From: Actinomycetota bacterium
GTDB lineage: Bacteria > Actinomycetota > Thermoleophilia > RBG-16-64-13
Assembly: GCA_012523095.1 (NCBI GenBank)
Contig: JAAYJE010000022.1
Coordinates: 68,784 to 132,783, forward strand
Direction: 5' to 3'
Length of the DNA: 64,000 bases
Shown: positions 31,190-40,388 of the stretch, piece after piece
Position numbering within the stretch: position 1 is the stretch's first letter
Layout: the number at the start of each line of letters is the position of its first letter
Notes under the pieces: generated by a model
Told to the model about the DNA's origin: nothing
Databases searched by the model: none
Seen by the model: only the letters and a program-made list of their open reading frames with translations
Position numbers and translations under genes: made by a program

Positions 31190-34100
31190 TTAGGGGCAGG
31201 CCATGGCGGCGCACACACCCGCCGCCCCGCAGATGCTGCAGACTGCTCCCACGGTCGGAGCGAACTCTCCCTTCCTCAGCCCCTCGAGGGCATTGTCCAG
31301 TTCGTCCTCGAGTTGCTCGGCGGCGTCCTTGTTGTATCGCACCGTCACCGGCGTCTCAGGCTGCTCCAGAAACACGAAGTCGAGGCGCACCGCGGGAGCG
31401 CCGGCTCGGAGGGCGGCCAGGCAGTACACTGTCGCCTGCAGATCGTAGGCGGCGGCGAGTTCGGCCGGAGATCTCCCTCTGAGGGCGTTCGTCTTGTAGT
31501 CGACGAGGTGCCACGACTCCACGCCCCGGCGCAGTAGGTCCATCACCCCTCTCACGATAGTCCCACCCTGCTCGAAGAAGAAATCTACCTCTCGCTCCGC
31601 CCCGGCCTGCGCGAATGGAGCCGCAACGGGCGAGACCCAGAAAGCCCGCGTGAGAGCGACGGCGCGCTCCTGGTCGCCCGGCGCGAGACGGCTCCCTTCG
31701 CGCTCTATCCAATCGTCAACCAGGTGACGCAGTGTCTCTTCTGAGGGCGGCCGGGCCTCAGAGACGGTCCGCTCCAGCAAAGCATGTACCAGCAGACCTA
31801 CATCGCGACCGGCATGACACTCGTCGTCGTCCAGGATGGTCTCGCCGAACGGAACAGAATCCTCGTCCTCCATCCTTTCGACCAACCGGTCGCCAAGGCC
31901 CAGAACGCGTTCCAGATAGAACATCCTGGGGCACTGTTGGTAAGCAGCAAGGGCCGAGAAGCTGATCTGGCGCGGCATCACGCTCCGCGGAACGGTATCT
32001 GGGAAGCTAGGCGTGGATCCAGTCACACCGGCAGGCATCTTCTCGGCAGGCTCCGCGGTAGGCTTCTCGGCAGGAAACCACTTCGAAGCCGGGCCCCCTC
32101 CCCCCTGCAGTGGGCCCCCGATCTCCACGGCGGATGGCCCGACCCCACCAACAACGGCGTCGACGCCACTCAGCGCGACGCTCTCGCCTTCCATCGGCGC
32201 GTGTTCCAACCCAAGGGCGCCGACTATGCGGCCCATGCGGCACGCGCCCAGCTTCCCTTCCACGGAGGTCGCCCCTACGAGCAACAATCGTTGCTGAGCC
32301 CTGGTCATGGCCACGTAGAGCAAACGGATATCTTCTTCCTGATCCTTGGCCCGATTCTCCTCGAGGATCTCGACGGCCGGTCCCCACGACAGGTCGTGTG
32401 CTTCGCGGTTTTTATGCTTGGAGCCCTTGAGGAAGACACCCACCCGCCCGTCGTCACCGACGATCACTTCTCCCGTGCTCGAGCTCTGGATCCCCGATCC
32501 GAGACCGGCCAACACCACCACCGGGAACTCCAACCCCTTCGATTGATGCACCGTCATGACCCGCACCACATCCTCGCCCTCGGCGAGGATGGGTGCGCTG
32601 CCCTCCGTGTCGCTCAGATCACCCATCGAGCGGACGAGATCCACGAACCCGGCCGTGTCCGGTCCCCGAAGACTCTCGTAATCATCCGCCATCCGCATGA
32701 GTTTGCGCACGTTGGCGAAGCGCCTCTTGCCCTCCGGAGAGGCGAGCAGACAGATATCGTAGTCGCAGGCGATGACGGCGTCATCGATCAGCCGCGCCAG
32801 CCCGGGGCGGCCCACGCGCCGTCGCAGACGCTCGAACCGCCGCATGAACTCCACCAAGGAGCGACGGTCGATGTCATCCAAACTGTCGCTCCGCCCCGAG
32901 CGCACCATCTCCCACAGGGACATCCTCCCTCTTCGACCCTCCCGACCCAGCAGATAGAGCCCATCGTCCGACATGCCCACGAGGGGAGAGCGGAGCACGC
33001 TGAGGAGCGCCAGGTCGTCGTGAGGATTGACGAGAAGGCGAAGGAGAGACGTGACGTCGGCGACTTCCTCCTGCGAGTAGTAGCCCTTGCCACGCACGAG
33101 GTAAACCTGGATACCACGTGAAGACAACATCCGCCGATACTGCTGCACATTGGTCTGCGCCGGAAGCAGGACCACGATGTCGCGCTCCGACCACCCTTCA
33201 TCGTCGATCAACCGGCGTATCCGATCGGCCGCCACCTCAGCCTCGGCCTCCTGGATGGAAGGAACGAGCCCGTCCCCATCGGCGCGCCGCCTGTAGGCCA
33301 CCAGTATCTCCACCGCCGGATGCTGGTCGTCCAACGGCGACCTGTCTCCAGAGTCCGGCCGTCGCAACAGCGAGTGGCGCGCCCCGAAGAAGCCCTCTTG
33401 GGAGAAGAGCCGGTTGAGGAAGTCCAGGATCTCCGGCCGGCTCCGATAGTTGACGTCCAACCGATGAAGACCTCCGGACTCCGAGCCGGCTTCGACCGTC
33501 TCCAGCTCATCTTCCCGACTCCTGAATACGGCCACGTCGGCACCTCGGAAGCGATAGATGCTCTGCCGCTCGTCGCCGACCATGAGCATGCGTGAAGCGC
33601 CTAATCTATCGAGGATGCCGCACTGCAGCTCATTGGTGTCTTGGAACTCGTCGATGAGGACGCGCGATACCGGCGGAGCCGGAGGCGGCCCTGAGCCGTC
33701 GCCATCGTTATTCACCAAGGCCGTGGCGCGTAGTTCGAGATCGGCGAAATCGAGCAGTCCCCGCTCGCGTTTACGCGCCTCATACTCCTGATGGAACTCG
33801 ACCAGAAGATCGTTCATGGTCTTCACGAACGGTTCCAGCTGATCCTCGGCCAGTGCACATCGGTGATGAGTGAGGGCGGTTCTTACCGGCCGGAAGTGTG
33901 GCTCCATGGTACGCGTCCTGGCGCTGGGGAAGAACTGCAAGGTGGCCTCCAAGACCTCTCGGGGGTCGGCGAGACGGTCTGGGGTCTCGATCCATCGCAG
34001 GCACTGCTCCAGGCGCTCCAGATCGGCCACCAAAGCTTTGCCGGGATGGGCTACGCAGCCGCCCGCGTCCAGCGCCTCATGAACCGCAGCCATCAGCACC

Positions 34101-34681
34101 GTCCGGGTCTTACCCAGATCGGACCGTGGCGGCATGGGCACCTGAGGGCGCTCAACGCCCATCCCGCGCAGCTGGTCGTATAGCGCCACCATCTCCCTAC
34201 GGAGAGCGTCCCGGCGGCGGGCGATGACTTCGAGACCGGCTTCATCGGTGCGCTGCAGTACCTGCTGCCAGGCACGGCGACCGGCCTCGTCTTTCATGAG
34301 CTCGGCGGCTTCTGCCTCCAGAACCGTAAAAGCAGGGTCCACACCGGCCTCCAAGGCCCGTTCTTTGATGAGACGGCGGCACAGGGCGTGGATGGTGCCG
34401 ATGGCGGCCGAGTCAAGCGACCGGGCCACATCGGGGCGGCCGCAGTCCTCCAAAGCCGACCGGATACGGGCGGTCAGCTCGGCTGCGGCCTTGCGCGTGA
34501 AGGTCACGGCCACCAACCGCTCCACCGGCACTCCTTCATCTACCAGGGCCCGGACGAAGTACGCGACCAGCAGCCGGGTCTTGCCGCTCCCCGCTCCGGC
34601 CGCCACGAGCACTCTAGGTCGAGCGTCCGCAAGAGCCTCTGTCTGGTCGACCGACAACTCCATGCGCTCCACGCAACTCAT
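31190..34681 (-). CDS. addA: AddA/AdnB-like helicase-nuclease subunit (UvrD-family motor with canonical Walker A plus C-terminal RecB-like nuclease, Cys-rich tail)
   Basis: AGAGSGKT Walker A, UvrD motifs, and a C-terminal PD-(D/E)xK region (HLVDYKTN) ending in CSICGAAGVCAAMACP. The start is set at the ATG that forms an ATGA overlap with the upstream gene's stop. Confidence 0.8.
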   Translation of the reverse strand: MSCVERMELSVDQTEALADARPRVLVAAGAGSGKTRLLVAYFVRALVDEGVPVERLVAVTFTRKAAAELTARIRSALEDCGRPDVARSLDSAAIGTIHALCRRLIKERALEAGVDPAFTVLEAEAAELMKDEAGRRAWQQVLQRTDEAGLEVIARRRDALRREMVALYDQLRGMGVERPQVPMPPRSDLGKTRTVLMAAVHEALDAGGCVAHPGKALVADLERLEQCLRWIETPDRLADPREVLEATLQFFPSARTRTMEPHFRPVRTALTHHRCALAEDQLEPFVKTMNDLLVEFHQEYEARKRERGLLDFADLELRATALVNNDGDGSGPPPAPPVSRVLIDEFQDTNELQCGILDRLGASRMLMVGDERQSIYRFRGADVAVFRSREDELETVEAGSESGGLHRLDVNYRSRPEILDFLNRLFSQEGFFGARHSLLRRPDSGDRSPLDDQHPAVEILVAYRRRADGDGLVPSIQEAEAEVAADRIRRLIDDEGWSERDIVVLLPAQTNVQQYRRMLSSRGIQVYLVRGKGYYSQEEVADVTSLLRLLVNPHDDLALLSVLRSPLVGMSDDGLYLLGREGRRGRMSLWEMVRSGRSDSLDDIDRRSLVEFMRRFERLRRRVGRPGLARLIDDAVIACDYDICLLASPEGKRRFANVRKLMRMADDYESLRGPDTAGFVDLVRSMGDLSDTEGSAPILAEGEDVVRVMTVHQSKGLEFPVVVLAGLGSGIQSSSTGEVIVGDDGRVGVFLKGSKHKNREAHDLSWGPAVEILEENRAKDQEEDIRLLYVAMTRAQQRLLLVGATSVEGKLGACRMGRIVGALGLEHAPMEGESVALSGVDAVVGGVGPSAVEIGGPLQGGGGPASKWFPAEKPTAEPAEKMPAGVTGSTPSFPDTVPRSVMPRQISFSALAAYQQCPRMFYLERVLGLGDRLVERMEDEDSVPFGETILDDDECHAGRDVGLLVHALLERTVSEARPPSEETLRHLVDDWIEREGSRLAPGDQERAVALTRAFWVSPVAAPFAQAGAEREVDFFFEQGGTIVRGVMDLLRRGVESWHLVDYKTNALRGRSPAELAAAYDLQATVYCLAALRAGAPAVRLDFVFLEQPETPVTVRYNKDAAEQLEDELDNALEGLRKGEFAPTVGAVCSICGAAGVCAAMACP

Positions 34682-37600
34682 AGCGGATAACCCTCCCGTC
34701 GCGCTCTGCAGGCCGGTCCCAGTCCGCACCACGGCGGGCACTCGCCCTTGGAACGGGGGGCTATGAGACCGGCCCGCATGCCCGCCACGGCTTCCTGCGC
34801 GATCTCACGCGTGGCCCGGAACAGCTCTTCCATGCCCTCGCCGTCAACCTCCCGAAGACCCTTGAGTCCCATTCCGAGAGACTCCGCCGACTCGAGGGTG
34901 ATCACGCCGGACCGCTCCTTGTCGCGCAAAGACAGATACGCTCCACCGATGACGTCTGTCCCGGGTCGTTCCGCCCCGAGCGCCATGAGGTAAAGGGGGA
35001 GTTGGAGGCCTTTTTCTTTGCCGAGGGATCCGGATTGCGGGATCCCGCCGCTCTTGTAGTCGATGACGAACAGCCCCCGTCCGTCGGGGGTGGAGTCTAC
35101 CCGGTCGATCCTGCCCTTGATGCGCACCCCGCCGGTGTCCACTCCGCGCCGCCCTCCGATCCACATCTCGGTCTCGGACGGCACCAGACTGCCGGCCGCG
35201 GCGATCTCCATGGTGAAGAGGTTGTGCATCATGCGCTTGACGCGGTATGCGGCAAGCCTGCGCTCGGCCGGAGCGCCGCAACACTCGTCGCTCTCCATCA
35301 GGCGATCGGCGCATCCGAAGGCAAAGCGTTCAGCCTCAGCTAGATTCTGAGGTGAAAGGGGCAGCATGCCCGCCGTTGCGAGTCGGGGGTAAACGTCGCT
35401 CAGCGCATCATGGAGTAGTTGGCCGACCAGCCGGTCGTCCAACTTGAAGTCGACCTCCTCGACCCCTATCGCACGCTGCGCGAACCAGGCGAACGGACAA
35501 CCTGCATACGTCTCCAGAGCGGACGGACTGTAGCACTCGGCGGCGGCCAGCTCTTCCAGAACGTCCGGGTCGGTCAGACGGTCGGGGACACGCCCCCACG
35601 GCCGGACAGGGACAGGCGCGACGTAGCCACTGCAGACTTCTCTGCCGTATCCTCGCTCGGCCGCATGCGCTACTAGAGCCCGCAGGTAGTGACGCTTCGA
35701 GGGAGCCCTGTCGGGCGCAAAAACCTGGTCGGCCAGCGTGCGGCGATGACACGCGAGCTCGTCTGACCCCATGACCTTCACAGCTTCGGTCCAGAAGCGG
35801 GAAGGTTCGCACTCCGCCCCGTCCTCCTCGGCATCACGAGCACTCAGCACGACCACATGCAGCGCCCGGGACACCGCGCTCAGGAATAACGCAGCCTCTT
35901 CGTCCCTCTCAGGGACGAAGATCCCCTCACCCAACTCGTCGAGCCGCGCCTTCTGCATCGTGGTGAGGAGAGACGGGGTGTCCGGCCTACCGGGGAACTC
36001 GCCTTCCACCAGACCAAGGACGACGACGGCCTTGAACCTCCGGGCTCTAGCCCGCTGCACGCTCAGCACTTGGACCGCGTCGGCGTCATCAGCCCGCCCG
36101 CCCGGGACGGAAACCCGAGACAGCGCCTGTAATATCACCTGCGGTTCAAGCCGGTCGGGAAACCTCTTGACCGCGGCCAACGAAGTTCGGATGGCTCGAA
36201 AGGCCCGGGCGTCTTCTTCCATGTCCATGGAACCTACGCCGACGCTCCGTAGTCCTGCGATCAGCATGCGTCGAGCGAGACCCTCAGCCGCTTCGGCAGA
36301 GAACATGCCGCCGCGCGGCATCCTGCCGGCCCCCAGCTCTTCTGCCGGTGGCCTGCCGCCCGATCGTCCATCTGCCGGTGAGTCGCCGCCGGTCGGCTCT
36401 ACCACCGGGCTCAGCCCGACGATCTCCCGCAAGCCTTCGAAGCAGGTCACGTCCATCCTCCGAGCCAGCAGGGCCAACGCAGCCGCTCCTCTTGCCGTCC
36501 CCCGCCGATACTGGATCTCGAGGTCGCTCGTCTCATCCGGTGATGATCCGCTGTAGGGGCTCCGCAGGTAGGCGAGCGCTCCGCCCGCCTCGTCGGATAC
36601 CGCGCTCTGCAGAGCGTTGAGGAAGGCGAAGCCCAGACCGGTCTCGCCGAGGACGCACCGCTCGTCCATCTGATACGTGATACCGCACGAATCGAGGACG
36701 TGCGCCAGCAGGCGGCTCCACCGGCGCGTCTGCCTGACGACCACCGCGATGTCGCCGGGTCTCAGGCCCGACCGGATAAGCGCAGCCACATGCTCGGCCG
36801 CCGATTCGACCTCAGCACGGCGTCCCGCCGCGAGAAGGAAGCGCACTCCCTCGGTATCGGAGGATCTCGGGGGTGAATCTCCCGCAGGGTCTCCCGTCAA
36901 GAGATGTTGTTCCAGATATGCGAGCGCCGGAGATGAATAGGCCAGGGTCCGGGTGCCCAACTCCTCCACCTTCTCTGCCCTGCTTCTCCACCAAGACACC
37001 TCCGCGGGTGTAGCCAGGCTGATAGCTCGAGAGTCGTCGTAGTTGAGGGTCAGCACCACCTCCGTGCGTCGCGACAGCGCCTCGATGAGATGACGCTGGC
37101 CCGGCGTGAAGGAGGTGAAGCCGTACAACGCCACCGGCCTGGTCCAAGCACCGACGGCTTGGATGGCCTCCCGCACAGCTTCCGGCCGGGTGACCAGGCC
37201 GAGCCGGGTGCACATCTCCGTGTGACCGCCCAGGAGACGTCGCAGGTCATGGGCAAGCGAACGCGAATGACGATCCAGCGAAGCCCAGTGAGACAGGATC
37301 CGATCGAGCTCCTCGGGGGCCTTGCCACTCTCACCAAACTCCAGCATGAGAGCCGCGAGCGTCGTGTTCGTACCCGGCAGACAGGCGGCTCCCCCCAGCG
37401 CCTCCAGCGGCGCCTCCTCCAAAAGCCACGCCGTTATCAGCGAGAGGTCCAAGTCGCTTGCGTACGCGGGAGAGCGGCCCAAGACCAGCCGCACGAGATC
37501 ATCGAAGGTCTGTGCCGCCGATCGGCCGACCACGCCTCCCGCGACCTTGGCCATCTCAACCGTGAGTTCCCGTGAATCGGGACCGGTAGGAGTGACGACT

Positions 37601-37710
37601 ACGGGGTGGTCGGTCGCCCGCTGCTCCCACCACTCCAAGACATAGCCCATCTTTCCCGAGTTGGCCGGGCCCAACACCAAGGTGAGTCCTATGGGAGACG
37701 AAGTGCTCAT
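34678..37710 (-). CDS. addB: AddB/AdnA-like helicase-nuclease subunit (degenerate Walker A, C-terminal RecB-like nuclease with Cys cluster)
   Basis: GPANSGKMG degenerate P-loop, 1010 aa. The C-terminal nuclease region (VIDYKSGG) ends in CPPWCGLGPAC, consistent with an Fe-S cluster. The ATGA overlap implies translational coupling with addA. Confidence 0.75.
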   Translation of the reverse strand: MSTSSPIGLTLVLGPANSGKMGYVLEWWEQRATDHPVVVTPTGPDSRELTVEMAKVAGGVVGRSAAQTFDDLVRLVLGRSPAYASDLDLSLITAWLLEEAPLEALGGAACLPGTNTTLAALMLEFGESGKAPEELDRILSHWASLDRHSRSLAHDLRRLLGGHTEMCTRLGLVTRPEAVREAIQAVGAWTRPVALYGFTSFTPGQRHLIEALSRRTEVVLTLNYDDSRAISLATPAEVSWWRSRAEKVEELGTRTLAYSSPALAYLEQHLLTGDPAGDSPPRSSDTEGVRFLLAAGRRAEVESAAEHVAALIRSGLRPGDIAVVVRQTRRWSRLLAHVLDSCGITYQMDERCVLGETGLGFAFLNALQSAVSDEAGGALAYLRSPYSGSSPDETSDLEIQYRRGTARGAAALALLARRMDVTCFEGLREIVGLSPVVEPTGGDSPADGRSGGRPPAEELGAGRMPRGGMFSAEAAEGLARRMLIAGLRSVGVGSMDMEEDARAFRAIRTSLAAVKRFPDRLEPQVILQALSRVSVPGGRADDADAVQVLSVQRARARRFKAVVVLGLVEGEFPGRPDTPSLLTTMQKARLDELGEGIFVPERDEEAALFLSAVSRALHVVVLSARDAEEDGAECEPSRFWTEAVKVMGSDELACHRRTLADQVFAPDRAPSKRHYLRALVAHAAERGYGREVCSGYVAPVPVRPWGRVPDRLTDPDVLEELAAAECYSPSALETYAGCPFAWFAQRAIGVEEVDFKLDDRLVGQLLHDALSDVYPRLATAGMLPLSPQNLAEAERFAFGCADRLMESDECCGAPAERRLAAYRVKRMMHNLFTMEIAAAGSLVPSETEMWIGGRRGVDTGGVRIKGRIDRVDSTPDGRGLFVIDYKSGGIPQSGSLGKEKGLQLPLYLMALGAERPGTDVIGGAYLSLRDKERSGVITLESAESLGMGLKGLREVDGEGMEELFRATREIAQEAVAGMRAGLIAPRSKGECPPWCGLGPACRARREGYPL

Positions 37711-37818
37711 GCGTTAGGCTATTGTAGAACCCGTGCCGGACAGATGGCGCCCGCGTGGACGGCGACGCCGACCGAACGGATGCCGACCGACGCCTCGCTT
37801 GTGCGCTAGTCTTAGTGC
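37711..37818. promoter_or_regulatory. Divergent promoter region addB <-> pafBC. Minus strand carries TGTCCGG-N9-TACAAT 10 nt upstream of the addB ATG; plus strand carries direct repeat GCCGACCGA x2
   Basis: Minus-strand reading is ...ccatcTGTCCGGcacgggttcTACAATagcctaacgcATG. On the plus strand, GCCGACCGA occurs at 37767-37775 and 37782-37790. Confidence 0.4.
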
Positions 37819-39909
37819 ATGGGCCGCGACAAAGACAAGCTCATACGCCAGTTGTCTCTCATCTCGTTCCTCCTCAGCCGTCCGCGCCCGTTCACAGGGC
37901 GCGAGGTCCAGGAGTCGGTGGAGGGCTACGCCGAGATGAGTGACGAGACGTTCGCGCGTCGTTTCAGCGGAGACCGCTCAGATCTGGCCAAGATCGGCAT
38001 CGTCATACGCGTACTGAGCGGCGCAGACGCCGCCGCATTGGCCGAGACACAACTCTACCATCTCCGAGAAGAGGACTTCCGTCTCCCCGGCGTGGAGTTC
38101 ACCCCTGCGGAAACCCGCGCCCTCTGTCTGGCTCTGGCCGCTCTGGACGGCCGTTTCGCCTACGCCCGGCCTCTGCGACTGGCGTTGACCGCCATACTCC
38201 GCGGGCATCGGGACCCCATATGGGACGAGTTGGAGCGATTGCCGGTCGCTCTCGCCCCTGACGAAGACGCGTGGCGCGCCGGAAGACAACTGTCCCGGAT
38301 GGAGGAGGCGCTGGCGAGAGGCAAGACGGTTTGTTTCTCCTATCCTTCCAGGAGCGGCGCGTCCGAAGAGCGTCGCTTCAACCCCTACAGCCTCTTCTTC
38401 ATCCAAGGGCGCTGGTACGCGGTCGGCTACGACCACGAACGCGACGGCATCCGCACCTTCCGCCTGGGAAGAATACAGGGGACCGTGCGTTTCCTCACAG
38501 AGAAGACCCGGGATTTCTTTGTCCCGGCCGACTATGACCCCAACGAATACAGGGCCCGCCCACCCTGGTTGATCGGCCGGGTGGTGGGGAAGGCGTCGGT
38601 GCGCGTGGCCGACGACCTGGCTTGGTGGGTGAAGCGCCTTGAGCCGCATGTTGACTGGCTGGGCGACGACGACGATGGTTGCGCTCGGTTCGCCGTTCCC
38701 TACGCCGACGAGAATGTCCTTTTGTCGTGGGTGGTGGGATTGGGCGGTTGTGGAGAACTCCTGGAGCCGCGTGAGTTGCGCGAACGTCTTCGCGACCTGC
38801 TCCATCGTGTGTGCCGCGACCATGAGGGCGCGATCGAAGGAGCGGAAACCGCCGAACCTGTCACTGCAGCGGAGCAGCGCCTGCCGAAGGACAAAACCGC
38901 TCCTATAGCCCCCGAGCATCTGGCGAGAGCCATGTCCCTCCTCTATTACCTCCTCGACGAACGGCGCCCCGCTTTGATCACCTGGCAGGACTTCGAGACC
39001 GACCTGGGCATGATCCGAGAGGAGATCGAAACCGACCTTTCTCTGATCAACCTGGTCAACTTCGGTGGCGGCACCTACGCGCTGCGGGCGGAGGCGTACC
39101 TTGAAGGCGTGCGGGTGGAGCCGGACGTGATGGCCGATACCTTCTCGCGACCGGCCCGTCTCTCACCGGTGATGGCGCGGGCTCTCGGTCTGGCCCTGGA
39201 CGTCCTGGGCGACGCCCTCGCCTTCGACGGGCTCGAGTCTCTGGCTTCAGTGCGGGAGAAGGTCCGAGCCCTTATCGGCGCCGACGGTGCCGAGAGCCCC
39301 GTCGTGGCGGAAGATGTGGTTTCGCCCGAGCCTGAGATCGTTGAAGTGATCAACCACGCCATCCGTGACAACCGGGTCATGGCCCTGGAGTACTTCACGA
39401 CCGCCAGACAGGAGCTCAACGAGAGATTGGTCGAGCCATACCTGCTATTCCACTCCCCGGACGGCTGGTACCTGGAGGCATACTGTCTCAAGGCGGACGA
39501 TCAGCGGACCTTCAAGCTGGAACGGATCCGGAGCGCCCGAGTCACCGAGGATCGTTTCATCCCGCGTTCCGAGGTGGATCTCACCCGCCGGCGCAGGGGA
39601 CAGGCCTTCTCGCCCCTCGACGCGACCGCTTGGGCCACCGTGCGCTTCCGCCCTCATTGGCGCAGCTACCTTGAGGACCATCTGGTGCACTGCTCGGTGC
39701 GACCCGACGGAGACCTCGGGGTGCAGATGCCATACCTGGACGAACGTTGGATGGCTCAGGAGATCATCGGCTACCTCGGTGACGCGGTCCTGGAGCAACC
39801 GACTGCGACGCGTAGTCGGGTGGCGGAGCTGGCCCGCGTGCTCGCCTTGCGCTACGAAGGCGCCCGTCCGGATCCACGCACGGGCGGACCACCGGTCGAC
39901 AGTCGATGA
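37819..39909 (+). CDS. pafBC: Fused PafB-PafC-like transcriptional regulator (two HTH-WYL modules in one polypeptide)
   Basis: First half: N-terminal HTH (LIRQLSLISFLLSRPRPFTGREV) then a WYL domain (NPYSLFFIQGRWYAVGYDHERDGIRTFRLGRI). Second half: second HTH (LARAMSLLYYLLDERRPALITWQDF) then a second WYL domain (PYLLFHSPDGWYLEAYCLKADDQRTFKLERI). 696 aa. Confidence 0.7.
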   Translation: MGRDKDKLIRQLSLISFLLSRPRPFTGREVQESVEGYAEMSDETFARRFSGDRSDLAKIGIVIRVLSGADAAALAETQLYHLREEDFRLPGVEFTPAETRALCLALAALDGRFAYARPLRLALTAILRGHRDPIWDELERLPVALAPDEDAWRAGRQLSRMEEALARGKTVCFSYPSRSGASEERRFNPYSLFFIQGRWYAVGYDHERDGIRTFRLGRIQGTVRFLTEKTRDFFVPADYDPNEYRARPPWLIGRVVGKASVRVADDLAWWVKRLEPHVDWLGDDDDGCARFAVPYADENVLLSWVVGLGGCGELLEPRELRERLRDLLHRVCRDHEGAIEGAETAEPVTAAEQRLPKDKTAPIAPEHLARAMSLLYYLLDERRPALITWQDFETDLGMIREEIETDLSLINLVNFGGGTYALRAEAYLEGVRVEPDVMADTFSRPARLSPVMARALGLALDVLGDALAFDGLESLASVREKVRALIGADGAESPVVAEDVVSPEPEIVEVINHAIRDNRVMALEYFTTARQELNERLVEPYLLFHSPDGWYLEAYCLKADDQRTFKLERIRSARVTEDRFIPRSEVDLTRRRRGQAFSPLDATAWATVRFRPHWRSYLEDHLVHCSVRPDGDLGVQMPYLDERWMAQEIIGYLGDAVLEQPTATRSRVAELARVLALRYEGARPDPRTGGPPVDSR

Positions 39910-40388
39910 GGACTATGCTTCGCTGGACGGCCGATGCCGTCGCCTTCTATCTCGCCCTGTACCTGGTGGATTCGGTAGTCGGGGGCGGCTTCAAAATCGG
40001 AGCGGTGTGGGTAGCGGCGGTGTTGGCTGTGATCCTAGGCCTTCTTAACAGTCTCGTTCGGCCTCTCTATCGCCTGAAGACTAAGCCCGGCCTCGCCATC
40101 AGCGAAGCGATCGTCACGGTGCTTATCAACGTCCTCGTCATCCAGATCTTTATCTGGGCCGGAGCACCGCTGTCCGCGACCGGTGTCGTCTGGGTGTTCG
40201 CCATGGCCGCCTTCTTGACGGTGTTGGGCGGCGTGATCAACTGGCTGATCGGCTTCAATAAGAAGGAGACGCCCGCGTCGAGAGCCCGGGAGCAACGAGC
40301 CGCGAGGATGCAGCAGCCCGCCGCAAGGCGAGGAGCGGAGCAGGCTCCCGATGGGCGCGGTGCGAAAGCCAAACAGACCGTGGACTAG
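39906..40388 (+). CDS. Small polytopic membrane protein, phage-holin-4-like (PF04020-like) family
   Basis: 160 aa with 3-4 TM helices and a basic C-terminal tail. The ATGA overlap with the pafBC stop implies co-translation. Confidence 0.5.
   Translation: MRTMLRWTADAVAFYLALYLVDSVVGGGFKIGAVWVAAVLAVILGLLNSLVRPLYRLKTKPGLAISEAIVTVLINVLVIQIFIWAGAPLSATGVVWVFAMAAFLTVLGGVINWLIGFNKKETPASRAREQRAARMQQPAARRGAEQAPDGRGAKAKQTVD

Noticed and set aside
31784-33121. 445-aa plus-strand ORF
   Set aside because: Antisense to addA; no motifs.
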